Part shown: one piece after another, positions 9,586 to 19,778 of the stretch | Layout: every line of letters begins with the position of its first letter | Numbering within the stretch: position 1 is the first letter of the stretch | DNA from: Bacteroidales bacterium | Lineage (GTDB): Bacteria; Bacteroidota; Bacteroidia; Bacteroidales; UBA1715 | DNA: 64,000 bases | Direction: 5' to 3' | NCBI GenBank assembly: GCA_024409235.1 | Contig: JAKSUA010000002.1 | Span: 2,385 to 66,384, forward strand | The notes under the pieces: model-generated | The model's database searches: none | Told to the model about the DNA's origin: nothing | Seen by the model: only the letters and a program-made list of their open reading frames with translations | Translations under genes and position numbers: made by a program

Positions 9586-10524
9586 CTATACCAAAAAGGC
9601 AGAACTCATAGATTCGTTTTTGAAAATCTTTTCAATTGAATTAGCAAAATATTGAGCACAAGATAATACGGTGATTTTACTTGGCATATTTTCATGTGGA
9701 ATAGTATCTGTTACCAACAATTCTTGAATAGCACTCTTTTCAATTCTTTCAAAAGCAGGTCCAGAACAAACAGCGTGAGTACTCAAGGCACGAACACTTT
9801 TGGCACCATTTTCCTTACATAGATTTGCAGCCATAGTGATTGTACCAGCAGTATCAATCATATCGTCAACAATAATAACATTTTTATTCTCAACATCACC
9901 AATCATCTGCATATTATCAACAACATTAGCTTTTGTACGTTCTTTATGGCAAATTGCAATATCAGCATTTAAAATACGAGCATAAGCTTTTGCACGTTTT
10001 GTACCACCCATATCTGGAGCAACAATACACAAATCTTCAATATTCATACTTTGAATATGAGGAATAAAGATTGAAGAACCAAATAAATGATCTACAGGAA
10101 TATCGAAAAATCCTTGAATCTGTCCAGCATGTAAGTCCATTGTTACAACACGATCAACTCCACTCTTTTGAAGCAAATTAGCCATTAATTTCGCTCCAAT
10201 AGAGATACGTGACTTTTCTTTTCTATCCTGACGAGCAAAACCAAAATAAGGAATGACAGCAGTTACGTGAGCAGCAGAAGCTCTTTTTGCAGCGTCAATC
10301 AACAATAAAAGTTCCAATAAATTATCAGCAGGAGCAAATGTTGATTGTACAATATACACTTCTTTTCCACGAACAGGTTCATCGAAACGAGGTTCAAATT
10401 CACCATCACTAAAACGAGTAACAGCTGATTTACCCATTTCAACACCATAATAATTAATGATTTTTTCTGTCAAATAACGAGTTGCTTCACCCGAAAAAAT
10501 CTTTATATCATCTTTTTCTGCCAT
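9586..10524 (-). CDS. prs: ribose-phosphate pyrophosphokinase
   Basis: 312 aa with DLHAGQIQGFF and the PRPP loop VIIVDDMIDTAGT. Confidence 0.95.
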   Translation of the reverse strand: MAEKDDIKIFSGEATRYLTEKIINYYGVEMGKSAVTRFSDGEFEPRFDEPVRGKEVYIVQSTFAPADNLLELLLLIDAAKRASAAHVTAVIPYFGFARQDRKEKSRISIGAKLMANLLQKSGVDRVVTMDLHAGQIQGFFDIPVDHLFGSSIFIPHIQSMNIEDLCIVAPDMGGTKRAKAYARILNADIAICHKERTKANVVDNMQMIGDVENKNVIIVDDMIDTAGTITMAANLCKENGAKSVRALSTHAVCSGPAFERIEKSAIQELLVTDTIPHENMPSKITVLSCAQYFANSIEKIFKNESMSSAFLV

Positions 10525-10549
10525 ATTGTTTTGTTTGTTAGATACAAGA

Positions 10550-10557
10550 CAAAATTA
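10550..10557 (-). promoter_or_regulatory. candidate -7 box for prs
   Basis: The + strand CAAAATTA is the reverse complement of TAATTTTG. It lies 26 nt upstream of the prs ATG. Confidence 0.4.
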
Positions 10558-10780
10558 CTTTTTTTTCTTTTTTCATGATAATGCTATTATGAATATTATA
10601 CATGTTGTTAATAACTTTTCTTTTGCAAACAAATTATATACCTAACATTTTGACAGTCAAACATTTTCACAATCCTCAAATGAAGCCTTTTTGGTTATAA
10701 TATTGACACAAACGCTTTTTTTTCATTTTATTTACTAATATTGTAAAAATTCATAATTTTCATTATTCTATAACGTATCT

Positions 10781-11353
10781 ATGAATAAACTTTTATCATT
10801 GATTTTCTTTTGTTTCTTTACAACTACTGTTTTTTCACAAAATACAACATTTCTTCACAAAGGAACTTCATACCCTGCTATAACTTTCACATTTACAACA
10901 TATGTAACCTACGATAACGATCCACGTCTTTTGCCCGATAAAGATGTAAATGTAACAATTGCTAAAAAAGGGTCTGCGGGATATATAGAACTATCATTAA
11001 TCATTAAATCAGACAAAGAATTATGTGACTATTTTCATAAATGTGGAATATTCGGTGATATTTCTTTAGATATGGCAAATGGGAAGAAAATCACTTGTAA
11101 AGATTTAGGTATCAGTGACTTTATAGAAGGTAAAGCCACTGCAGTATATCAACTTACGGCACAAGATATGCTATTACTTCAGCAATCAAATATTGAAATA
11201 ATAAATTTCAGTATGCAGACATTTTCAGAAAAAGCTTCATACCAAGCCGCAAACTTTCATCATTTCTATAGTGAAACCCCAGATGAATTCACAAAGAAAA
11301 AAGAACGTGTGGAAACAACAAAAGTACCTGAGTTAATGAAATTATTAAAATAA
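10781..11353 (+). CDS. hypothetical secreted protein
   Basis: 190 aa. Signal peptide MNKLLSLIFFCFFTTTVFS|QNTT with Gln at +1. No recognised domain. Confidence 0.6.
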   Translation: MNKLLSLIFFCFFTTTVFSQNTTFLHKGTSYPAITFTFTTYVTYDNDPRLLPDKDVNVTIAKKGSAGYIELSLIIKSDKELCDYFHKCGIFGDISLDMANGKKITCKDLGISDFIEGKATAVYQLTAQDMLLLQQSNIEIINFSMQTFSEKASYQAANFHHFYSETPDEFTKKKERVETTKVPELMKLLK

Positions 11354-11356
11354 AAA

Positions 11357-12643
11357 TTATTCCACTAACTCACCAAACATTACACCATCGTTATAATGCA
11401 ATTTAATTGCAACTATTTTATTTTTAACATTAAACGGTAATTTTGCTTGAACACGGATATAATTATCAGTATATCCAACATAGAAGCCATCTTTAGAACG
11501 TGTTTCAAATAGCACTTTCCTTACCTGCCCATCAAATTTCTTATAGAAATTCTTATGTAAGTTTTCTGATAAATTATGAAGTTCAACACTTCTTTCTGTT
11601 CTTACAGATTCCTGTATACGAGGTTTTATATTTAAAGCATCTGTATTTTCCCTCTCAGAATAAGTAAATACATGGACAAAGCTTACATTCAATGATTCGA
11701 TAAAATCATACGAATTCTTAAAAAACTGGTCAGTTTCACCCATAAAGCCAACCATTACATCCATACCAATAAAAGCATCAGGAATTTTAGTATGAATTTC
11801 CTCTATTTTCTTTCTAAAAAATTCAGTGTTATATCTACGACGCATTAATCGTAAAACATCATCACTTCCACATTGAAGAGGAATATGAAAATGAGGCATA
11901 AACGCACGTGATTTAACAACAAAATCAATTACTTCCGAAGTAATAAGATTTGGTTCTATCGACGATATTCTATATCGTTCAATGCCCTTTACCTGATCAA
12001 GTGCTTTTAAAAGATCTATAAATTTCTCACCAGTTGTCTGTCCAAAGTCACCAATGTTAATACCACTTAAAACAATTTCCTTTACTCCTCTTGCTGCAAT
12101 TTCTTCAGCCTGCTTTACCAAAAGTTGAATTTCAGTATTTCTACTTTTTCCTCTTGCAAGTGGAATCGTACAATAAGAGCAACGATAATTGCAACCATCC
12201 TGCACTTTTAAAAAAGCACGTGTTCTTTCCGAACATGAATATGCCCCATCAAAATCAGAAACTTCCTCTATATTAGTAACTTGCAAAGACGTCATTTCTT
12301 CTTCTAACATCTCAATCTGTTCTAATATATTAAATTTCTCCTTGACACCCAAAACCAAACAAACTCCCTCCAAAGCTCCAACTTCTTTTGGTTTCAGTTG
12401 AGCATAGCAGCCCATAACAATTATTCTTGCAGATGGATTTCTTCGATGTGCAGCACGGATTGCCTGACGAGTTTTTTTATTAGCAGATTCCGTTACACTA
12501 CAGGAATTTACAACATAATAATCTGCAAAATCAGTGAACTTTACATGCTCATAACCAGCATTGCCCATTTTTCGAGCAATAGCATCAGTTTCTGCATAAT
12601 TCATTTTGCAGCCTAACGTATAAAAGCCTATTTTTTTTGCCAT
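11357..12643 (-). CDS. mtaB: tRNA t6A37 methylthiotransferase MtaB (radical SAM)
   Basis: It has FYTLGCKMNYAETD at the N-terminus, a CNYRCSYC radical-SAM cluster and a TRAM-like C-terminus. The ORF-track start at 12655 is TTG. The first ATG at 12643 (MAKKIGFY) is preferred. Confidence 0.85.
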   Translation of the reverse strand: MAKKIGFYTLGCKMNYAETDAIARKMGNAGYEHVKFTDFADYYVVNSCSVTESANKKTRQAIRAAHRRNPSARIIVMGCYAQLKPKEVGALEGVCLVLGVKEKFNILEQIEMLEEEMTSLQVTNIEEVSDFDGAYSCSERTRAFLKVQDGCNYRCSYCTIPLARGKSRNTEIQLLVKQAEEIAARGVKEIVLSGINIGDFGQTTGEKFIDLLKALDQVKGIERYRISSIEPNLITSEVIDFVVKSRAFMPHFHIPLQCGSDDVLRLMRRRYNTEFFRKKIEEIHTKIPDAFIGMDVMVGFMGETDQFFKNSYDFIESLNVSFVHVFTYSERENTDALNIKPRIQESVRTERSVELHNLSENLHKNFYKKFDGQVRKVLFETRSKDGFYVGYTDNYIRVQAKLPFNVKNKIVAIKLHYNDGVMFGELVE

Positions 12644-12656
12644 ATTTATTGGCAAA

Positions 12657-13670
12657 CTATATCAAATAGATGTTATTCTGACGGCAAGTTTCAACTATTT
12701 CATCACCCCACAAAGAGCTTTGAACTTCACCGATATGAGCTTTTCTCAAGAAATACATACACAAACGGCTTTGTCCAATACCACCACCAATTGATAAAGG
12801 TAATTCATTGTTTAACAACATTTTGTGAAACATCAACTCCTTACGGTCTTCAGCTTTTGCCTTTTTCAATTGATATTCCATAGCGTTTTTATCTACACGA
12901 ATACCCATTGAAGATATTTCAAAAGAACTTTCCAATACAGGGTTCCACAATAAGATATCGCCATTTAAACTCCAATCGTCATAATCAGGAGCACGTCCGT
13001 CATGTTTTTCACCATTAGATAATTCATCACCAATACCCATCAAGAAAACAGCTTTGAATTCTCTTGTAATCTCATTTTCTCTTTGTTTTGGAGTTAAATT
13101 TGGATATTTCTGTAACAATTCCTCCGTTGTGATAAAAGTAATCTTCTCTGGTAAAATTGGTTTTATTTGAGGATATTCCTCTGTAATTACATATTCTGTA
13201 TGTTTTAACACATCATAAATACGTTTTACAATCAAACGCAAAAATGCTTGATTTCTATCTTCCAATGAGATTGAACGTTCCCAATCCCACTGATCAACAT
13301 ATAACGAATGAATATTATCCAAATCTTCATCAGGACGAATAGCATTCATATCTGTTAAAATTCCGTATCCTGGCTGCATATTATACTTTGCAAGAGCCAT
13401 TCTTTTCCATTTAGCAAGAGAATTAACTACTTCTGCCTGTCTATCATTCAATGCTTTTACAGGGAAAGTAACTTTACGTTCAACTCCATTCAAATCATCA
13501 TTTATTCCAGTTCCTTTTAAAACAAACAAAGGAGCTGTTACACGACGCAAACATAAGCCAACAGAAAGGTCATGTTCAAACGTATCTTTAATTAATTTAA
13601 TTGCAAGTTCCGTTTGTTGAGAATCAAGCGGAGAAGAGTAATTTTGGGGAATAAAAACAGATTGTGCCAT
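12657..13670 (-). CDS. asnA: aspartate--ammonia ligase (asparagine synthetase A)
   Basis: LRRVTAPLFV and IGGGIGQSRLCMYFL are AsnA-type contexts. The ORF-track start at 13727 would overlap gpsA by 56 nt. The ATG at 13670 (MAQSVFIPQNY) lies 1 nt after the gpsA stop. Confidence 0.9.
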   Translation of the reverse strand: MAQSVFIPQNYSSPLDSQQTELAIKLIKDTFEHDLSVGLCLRRVTAPLFVLKGTGINDDLNGVERKVTFPVKALNDRQAEVVNSLAKWKRMALAKYNMQPGYGILTDMNAIRPDEDLDNIHSLYVDQWDWERSISLEDRNQAFLRLIVKRIYDVLKHTEYVITEEYPQIKPILPEKITFITTEELLQKYPNLTPKQRENEITREFKAVFLMGIGDELSNGEKHDGRAPDYDDWSLNGDILLWNPVLESSFEISSMGIRVDKNAMEYQLKKAKAEDRKELMFHKMLLNNELPLSIGGGIGQSRLCMYFLRKAHIGEVQSSLWGDEIVETCRQNNIYLI

Positions 13671-13671
13671 T

Positions 13672-14667
13672 TTATCTAAATTTTTCAGATAATGCTTTAA
13701 ATTCTTTTCGTGCAGAATGTCGTTCATATAAAATGCTGTAAACAGCTTGTGTTATAGGCATTTCTACTCCATATTTTTCATTTGCATGAACAATACAATA
13801 AACGCCATTATAACCTTCCGCAACCATATTCATTTCGGCCTGGGCAGCTTTTACAGAATATCCTTTACCAATCATAGCACCGAATGTACGGTTACGACTG
13901 AATTGAGAATATGCAGTAACAAGTAAGTCACCAAGATATACAGAATCGTTTATGTCACGTTTCAAAGGTTTCACAACATCAAGGAACCGTTTCATTTCTT
14001 GAATTGCATTTGAAATCAACGCTGATGTGAAATTATCTCCATATCCTAATCCGTGTGCTATACCCGAAGCCAAGGCCATCACATTCTTTAAGACAGCAGA
14101 ATATTCAATACCTTCCATATCTTTTGACAAACAAGTGTGAATGAATGAAACTTTCATCATTTCTGCCACTGTTTTCGCCAATTTCTGGTTTGCAGAACCT
14201 ATTGTTAAATATGACACACGCTCCATTGCAACTTCTTCTGCATGACAAGGACCTGAAATAACAGCCATTTGTCTTGGTTTTACCTTGAAGCGTTCTTGCA
14301 AATATTCAGAAACAAGCATAACATTTTCTGGTTCCATACCCTTTACCGCTGTCACCAATTGTTTTTTTGATAAATCAACAGTAATACCAGCACATAACGA
14401 ATTAATAAATTTTGAAGGAACGCAAAAAATAATGATATCAGCATCACGAACGGCATCATCTGCATTGTCAAACAAACGCAATTTCTTCGTATTGTATTCA
14501 ATGTCAGAAACATACATGGGATTATGTCCTGTTTGCTCAACACCTTCCTTTATTTCAGGTTCCCGGATATACCAAGAAACTGATTTTTGGCTCATATGAA
14601 GTATTTTTACAATGGCACTTGCCCAACTGCCACTACCAAGTAAAGCTACTGTATTTTTTGATTTCAT
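13672..14667 (-). CDS. gpsA: NAD(P)H-dependent glycerol-3-phosphate dehydrogenase
   Basis: LGSGSWASA Rossmann motif. The ATG at 14667 (MKSKNTVALLG) lies 2 nt after the lysS stop. The ORF-track start at 14685 is TTG. Confidence 0.9.
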   Translation of the reverse strand: MKSKNTVALLGSGSWASAIVKILHMSQKSVSWYIREPEIKEGVEQTGHNPMYVSDIEYNTKKLRLFDNADDAVRDADIIIFCVPSKFINSLCAGITVDLSKKQLVTAVKGMEPENVMLVSEYLQERFKVKPRQMAVISGPCHAEEVAMERVSYLTIGSANQKLAKTVAEMMKVSFIHTCLSKDMEGIEYSAVLKNVMALASGIAHGLGYGDNFTSALISNAIQEMKRFLDVVKPLKRDINDSVYLGDLLVTAYSQFSRNRTFGAMIGKGYSVKAAQAEMNMVAEGYNGVYCIVHANEKYGVEMPITQAVYSILYERHSARKEFKALSEKFR

Positions 14668-14669
14668 AA

Positions 14670-16391
14670 TTATTGATTCAACCAAGATTTAACATCTTCT
14701 GGTTTAGGGTTTGTTAGATTTAATTTGTTTTTCTTGTTGTAGCCACACATATCGGCATGCAATTTTGTAAACTTAACTGCTTGTGCGTCTGCAAATTTTA
14801 CAAAACCAAGAGCTTGAATTACTTCTGCCCATTCTTGTGGAATTCCTGCTGCTACATATACAGAAATATCATCTTTCACCACTTTCTTTTCAGGTTTCAT
14901 TTGCGGGAAGAATAACACATCTTGTATTGTAGATGCACCTGTCATAATCATACACAAACGATCTATACCCATACCCATACCTGATGTTGGAGGCATACCA
15001 TATTCTAAAGCTCGAACAAAGTCATGATCAATGAACATTGCTTCGTCATCACCTTTTTCAGATAAACGAAGTTGATCTTTGAAACGCTCGTATTGGTCAA
15101 TTGGATCATTCAATTCAGAATATGCATTACACAATTCTTTTCCGTTTACCATCAACTCAAAACGCTCTGTTAGATTTGGATTATTTCTATGTTTCTTACA
15201 CAATGGAGACATTTCTATTGGGTAATCAATAATGAAAGTTGGTTGGATATAAGTACCTTCACAGAATTCACCAAAGATTTCATCTATCATCTTACCTTTA
15301 CCAAATGTTTCATCAACATGACCAAGTTTTAATTCATGGCAAATAGCACGGATTTCATCTTCCGACTTTCCATCTAAATCATAGCCAGTCTTTTCTTTTA
15401 TGGCATCAAGCATTGTGATACGTTTGAATGGTGCTTTAAAACTAATTGTTTTGCCATCAAAAGTTGTTTCTGTTGAACCATTTACAGCAATACAGATAGT
15501 TTCCAACAACTGTTCTGTAAATGCCATCATCCAGTTGTAATCCTTGTACGAAACATAAATTTCCATACAAGTAAATTCTGGATTATGGAATTTGTCCATA
15601 CCTTCGTTACGGAAGTTTTTACCTATTTCATAAACACCTTCAAAACCACCTACGATCAATCGTTTCAAGTACAATTCTGTTGCAATACGACAATATAAGT
15701 CTATATCCAATGAATTGTGGTGAGTTATGAATGGACGAGCGCTTGCTCCACCAGGGATTGCTTGTAAAATTGGAGTTTCTACTTCCAAATAACCGCGCGA
15801 ATTGAAGAATGAACGCATAGTTTCCAATATCTTCGCACGCTTTACAAACACATCTTTTACTCCACCATTCACAACCAAATCAACATAGCGTTGACGATAA
15901 CGTAATTCAGGATCGCTGAACGCATCATACACAACACCATCTTTTTCTTTTACGATTGGAAGTGGACGAAGAGATTTGCTTAATACTGTCAATGTTTTAA
16001 CATGAACAGAAATTTCACCCATTTGTGTAACGAATGCATAACCAGAAACACCAACAAAGTCACCAATGTCAAGTAATTTCTTGAAAACCTCGTTATACAA
16101 AGTTTTGTCCTCATCCGGACAAATTTCATCACGATTTATATATAATTGTATTCTTCCGAAAGAATCTTGCAATTCTGCGAAAGAAGCCTTACCCATCACA
16201 CGGCGAGCCATAAGACGACCAGCCAATGTAATATCTTGGAATAAACCACTTTCTGGTGTGAATTTTTCTAAGATTTCTTTTGAGTTTGCTGTTACCGTAT
16301 ATTCTGCTTCTGGATACGGATTGATTCCCAAATCACGCAATTTCTGTAATGAATTTCTGCGTACTTGTTCTTGTTCACTCAATTGTTGCAT
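14670..16391 (-). CDS. lysS: lysine--tRNA ligase (class II)
   Basis: [15 protein letters not shown] is motif 2 and GMGIDRL is motif 3. It has the long C-terminal tail seen in Bacteroidota LysRS. The ATG at 16391 (MQQLSEQ) is preferred because a -7 box sits at 16410-16417, inside the TTG-extended ORF. Confidence 0.95.
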   Translation of the reverse strand: MQQLSEQEQVRRNSLQKLRDLGINPYPEAEYTVTANSKEILEKFTPESGLFQDITLAGRLMARRVMGKASFAELQDSFGRIQLYINRDEICPDEDKTLYNEVFKKLLDIGDFVGVSGYAFVTQMGEISVHVKTLTVLSKSLRPLPIVKEKDGVVYDAFSDPELRYRQRYVDLVVNGGVKDVFVKRAKILETMRSFFNSRGYLEVETPILQAIPGGASARPFITHHNSLDIDLYCRIATELYLKRLIVGGFEGVYEIGKNFRNEGMDKFHNPEFTCMEIYVSYKDYNWMMAFTEQLLETICIAVNGSTETTFDGKTISFKAPFKRITMLDAIKEKTGYDLDGKSEDEIRAICHELKLGHVDETFGKGKMIDEIFGEFCEGTYIQPTFIIDYPIEMSPLCKKHRNNPNLTERFELMVNGKELCNAYSELNDPIDQYERFKDQLRLSEKGDDEAMFIDHDFVRALEYGMPPTSGMGMGIDRLCMIMTGASTIQDVLFFPQMKPEKKVVKDDISVYVAAGIPQEWAEVIQALGFVKFADAQAVKFTKLHADMCGYNKKNKLNLTNPKPEDVKSWLNQ

Positions 16392-16409
16392 TTTACATAA
16401 AATTTTGTG

Positions 16410-16417
16410 CAAAGATA
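16410..16417 (-). promoter_or_regulatory. candidate -7 box for the lysS-gpsA-asnA-mtaB string
   Basis: The + strand CAAAGATA is the reverse complement of TATCTTTG. It lies 19 nt upstream of the ATG at 16391. Confidence 0.45.
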
Positions 16418-16509
16418 CACATTATAACCATTTAGCAAACCGAAAAACAAAAAGATTACAAACAAAGTAATTCACTGTTATTTAGAACGACAATCACCGA
16501 AGACAACAA

Positions 16510-17421
16510 TTACACATCAATCCTTTTTAATAAATCTTTATCTATATAATTTTCAATTGATTGACAAACATTACTTGAACAAATAATTGAAAAAGGAATT
16601 GCCTTGTCCCAGAAATCAGTTGTGAGATTTGCAACAGCATCTTTTGCTATTTTTTCCTTAGCCAAACAATGAAGAATACCAGCATTAAACGTATCTCCAG
16701 CTCCAATCGTGCTGACAACATTAATTTCAGGGACATTATATGATTTTTCAAGAACTTCCGTCTTCACAATGACATCATTCTTATTTTGGGTAAAAACCAA
16801 AGCCTTTACTCCATATTTCTGCAATTCTAAAAATACACAATTCACATCATTTGTTCCAAATATGGCACAAGCATCTTCATCAGACAAATGCACTAAATCC
16901 GCATATCTAAAGTTTTCCTGCACATAAAAATATTCTATCGAATCTGGAGTTAGATTCCTACGCATATTTGGATCATAATACAATAAAACTTGCTCACCAC
17001 CAGCTAAATGCAATAAATTTGCAACACATTTTCTAACACGTTGATTGATAGAAAACGATGATGAAAACAAGAAATAGTCAGTTGACTTAAAATCAATATT
17101 TAAGAGTGACATTTCATCTTTAAACTCCTTGTAAAACTGATATTTTGCATCGTTTTTTTCATTCAAGAAAGCTAATGCAAGTGATGTTTTTTTGTCTGCA
17201 TACTGTACCAAATGAGTTGTATCCACAGCGTTTTCCACCAAAAAAGACTTGCACAAATCCCCCAACTCATCAAATCCGATTTCCGAGATAAATGAAACTT
17301 TATCGCCGAGTCTTCCTAGACTTACCGAAGTATTCAGCGCAGAACCTCCCACTTTTGCTGCCTGAGGCTGCATATCTTTAAAAATCAAATCTATTACAGT
17401 TTCACCTATCGTATAAATCAT
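16510..17421 (-). CDS. PfkB-family carbohydrate kinase (fructokinase-like)
   Basis: GGSALNTSVSLGRLG and GAGDTFNAG motifs. The ATG at 17421 (MIYTIGE) lies 1 nt after the miaA stop. The ORF-track start is TTG. Confidence 0.8.
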   Translation of the reverse strand: MIYTIGETVIDLIFKDMQPQAAKVGGSALNTSVSLGRLGDKVSFISEIGFDELGDLCKSFLVENAVDTTHLVQYADKKTSLALAFLNEKNDAKYQFYKEFKDEMSLLNIDFKSTDYFLFSSSFSINQRVRKCVANLLHLAGGEQVLLYYDPNMRRNLTPDSIEYFYVQENFRYADLVHLSDEDACAIFGTNDVNCVFLELQKYGVKALVFTQNKNDVIVKTEVLEKSYNVPEINVVSTIGAGDTFNAGILHCLAKEKIAKDAVANLTTDFWDKAIPFSIICSSNVCQSIENYIDKDLLKRIDV

Positions 17422-17422
17422 A

Positions 17423-18361
17423 CTATACAAAATTATTTTTTCGTAAGACTTCTATCACTGCATCTTTACGTTCATCCATTGGCAGTTCACCATCAATCCA
17501 ATGGATTTCAATTCCCCGCCGTTCCATTCCACGAAACCAAGTCATCTGACGTTTTGCAAACTGACAAATCGCGGTAAGTAATTGCTCCTCCATTTCCTGT
17601 TTTGAAATCAGACCAGTTACATACAAAGTCAAAAACTTATATTCCAAACCATAATAGATTAACGTTTCCGCAGGAACACCATCTTTCAGTAACTGCTCAA
17701 CTTCGTCCGTCATTCCTTCTTTCAAACGTTTTTCAAAGCGTTTTGCGATTCTCTCACGACGAACATCACGGCTTACCGAAACACCTATTGTTAATGGAGA
17801 ATACAAACACGAATGTTGTTGATATTCTACAGGATTATTTGCTTCGTGACGGGCAATTTCCAAAGCACGTATCAAGCGTTTCTTCGAGTCGATATCTGTA
17901 GTGTTATGCAACGTTTTATATGACTTTAATTCCGCAACCAAATCATCAAACTCTCGCAATTCGCATGATTTTCTAAACTCAGCATCTTCAGGAACAACGT
18001 GCATATTATAGTTTTTAATAATAGATTCCACATACATTCCTGTTCCACCGCAGACAAACGGATTCTTTCCCCTTTCCACAACATCTTTGTAAGCAGTTTG
18101 GAAAGCTTCGTAAAATTTAAATAAATTAAATTTTTCACCTGCATCAACAATATCCATCAAATGGTACGGAACTTTAACCCCATTCACCACATAATCATCA
18201 TAATCCTTACCCGTACCCAGATTCATATTTCGATAAACCTGGCGAGAATCCGCGCATAATATTTCCGAATTTGTTTCGGCTGCAACAAGAGCCGCAAGAC
18301 GAGTTTTTCCTGATGCAGTAGGGCCAATTATTACCGGTAATATGCGAAGATTATCAGACAT
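17423..18361 (-). CDS. miaA: tRNA dimethylallyltransferase
   Basis: P-loop GPTASGKT directly after [13 protein letters not shown]. The 34-aa ORF-track extension ([11 protein letters not shown]...) is implausible and would overlap smpB. Confidence 0.9.
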   Translation of the reverse strand: MSDNLRILPVIIGPTASGKTRLAALVAAETNSEILCADSRQVYRNMNLGTGKDYDDYVVNGVKVPYHLMDIVDAGEKFNLFKFYEAFQTAYKDVVERGKNPFVCGGTGMYVESIIKNYNMHVVPEDAEFRKSCELREFDDLVAELKSYKTLHNTTDIDSKKRLIRALEIARHEANNPVEYQQHSCLYSPLTIGVSVSRDVRRERIAKRFEKRLKEGMTDEVEQLLKDGVPAETLIYYGLEYKFLTLYVTGLISKQEMEEQLLTAICQFAKRQMTWFRGMERRGIEIHWIDGELPMDERKDAVIEVLRKNNFV

Positions 18362-18423
18362 TGTTTTTGTTATCGAAAAAATACTATTTTTGTCTTGCTG
18401 AAAAAGACAAGCAAAGATACGAA

Positions 18424-18879
18424 ATGGCAGAAAAAAATATATACATAAAAAACAAAAAGGCATCCTTTGATTACGAGACTCTCCAGACTTACACGGCAGG
18501 AATTATTCTGACAGGTACAGAAATCAAATCAATCCGTGAGGGAAAAGCGAATCTAAGCGAAGCTTTCTGTTATTTCAACAACAATGAATTGTGGTGTAAA
18601 GGAATGCATATCTCAGAATATTCATTCGGAAGCTACAACAATCATATCCCAAATAGAGAAAGAAAACTGCTGCTTAACCGCCGTGAATTAAATAAATTGG
18701 AAGAAAAGCTTAAAGATAAAGGTAATACAATCATTGTTTTAAGCATGTATCTCACCCAACGCGGCTGGGCAAAAGTTGACATTGCCTTAGCAAGAGGTAA
18801 AAAACTCTTCGACAAACGAGAAGACATGAAAGAACGCGATGCAAAACGCGACATGGACCGCGCCAAACGTCGATTTTAA
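18424..18879 (+). CDS. smpB: SsrA-binding protein
   Basis: KKASFDYE and GTEIKSIR contexts with a basic C-terminal tail. The ATG at 18424 gives about 151 aa, the normal SmpB size. Confidence 0.9.
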   Translation: MAEKNIYIKNKKASFDYETLQTYTAGIILTGTEIKSIREGKANLSEAFCYFNNNELWCKGMHISEYSFGSYNNHIPNRERKLLLNRRELNKLEEKLKDKGNTIIVLSMYLTQRGWAKVDIALARGKKLFDKREDMKERDAKRDMDRAKRRF

Positions 18880-19778
18880 TTTTCAAACGGATTTTCTTTA
18901 TTAAAGTCAGGCTGATAATAATAGTTACTATCAAGTAATTGCGTCCATCCGTTCTCAAATCCTAATTCATCCAATTTATCTAGAACAAAATAATACTCCT
19001 GTTTAGTTAAAATCCGATTTATTGAATCGTTTTTCAGAGCTTTGTACACAGGAAAATATTGAGCCATCAAAGACACAAATACATCAACTGAGATATTTTC
19101 TGCAATTAGATCCAATGCTTTAATACTATTTTCCACATGATTTGGCAAAACTAGATGGCGGATAATCAAAACAGGATTATTTTCCGAAAGAACATTTTTT
19201 TTCTGTCTGTACATTTCCTGAATAGCAGACAAAGCCGTTTCACAATAATGAGGAATTCCCGACAATTTGAGACCTAATTCATTATCCGCATACTTGAAAT
19301 CTGGCAGATAAACATCAACAATATCCTCTAACATCTTCAATGTTTCCACATTTTCGTATGCATTGGTGTTATATATAATTTTAGGAAAAAATCCTTTTTC
19401 GTTTACCAGTTCTATAATTTTCAACATTTGAGGAATGTGACTATTTGGAGAAACAAAGCCTAAAAAATTCACATCACCTCTTAAAATAGCAACAATTTGA
19501 TTTACAGCATTTTCATAATCTGTAATTTCATTTCTGACAATCGTATCAGGCTGACTAATCTGATAGTTTTGGCAATAAACACATCGAAGATTACAATGAG
19601 AGAAAAACACATTGCACACGCCATTTTCACTTCCTTCTATCGGTTCTTCACCCTTATGCAGGCTTATATTTGCAATATGCAGCCCTGAATCTAACTTACA
19701 AAATCCAAGTTTTCCTTCTGCTCGGTTCACAGAACATTTATGAGGACAAAGAGTGCAGTTTGAAAGGTCTATTTCCAT
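18876..19778 (-). CDS. radical SAM protein, PflX-like (pyruvate formate-lyase activase homologue)
   Basis: 300 aa with an N-terminal CTLCPHKC cluster, [13 protein letters not shown], and the [10 protein letters not shown] radical-SAM motif. Confidence 0.8.
   Translation of the reverse strand: MEIDLSNCTLCPHKCSVNRAEGKLGFCKLDSGLHIANISLHKGEEPIEGSENGVCNVFFSHCNLRCVYCQNYQISQPDTIVRNEITDYENAVNQIVAILRGDVNFLGFVSPNSHIPQMLKIIELVNEKGFFPKIIYNTNAYENVETLKMLEDIVDVYLPDFKYADNELGLKLSGIPHYCETALSAIQEMYRQKKNVLSENNPVLIIRHLVLPNHVENSIKALDLIAENISVDVFVSLMAQYFPVYKALKNDSINRILTKQEYYFVLDKLDELGFENGWTQLLDSNYYYQPDFNKENPFEN

Noticed and set aside
18361-18879. Looked for a tmRNA (ssrA) gene next to smpB. Also looked for SRP RNA, RNase P RNA, 6S RNA or riboswitches in all intergenic gaps.
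   Set aside because: Every gap except 6149-6559 is under ~260 nt and is occupied by promoters or terminators. I saw no conserved ncRNA motifs such as a tRNA-like acceptor/T-arm or the SRP domain IV GGAAG-type motif. The 6149-6559 gap is reported separately.
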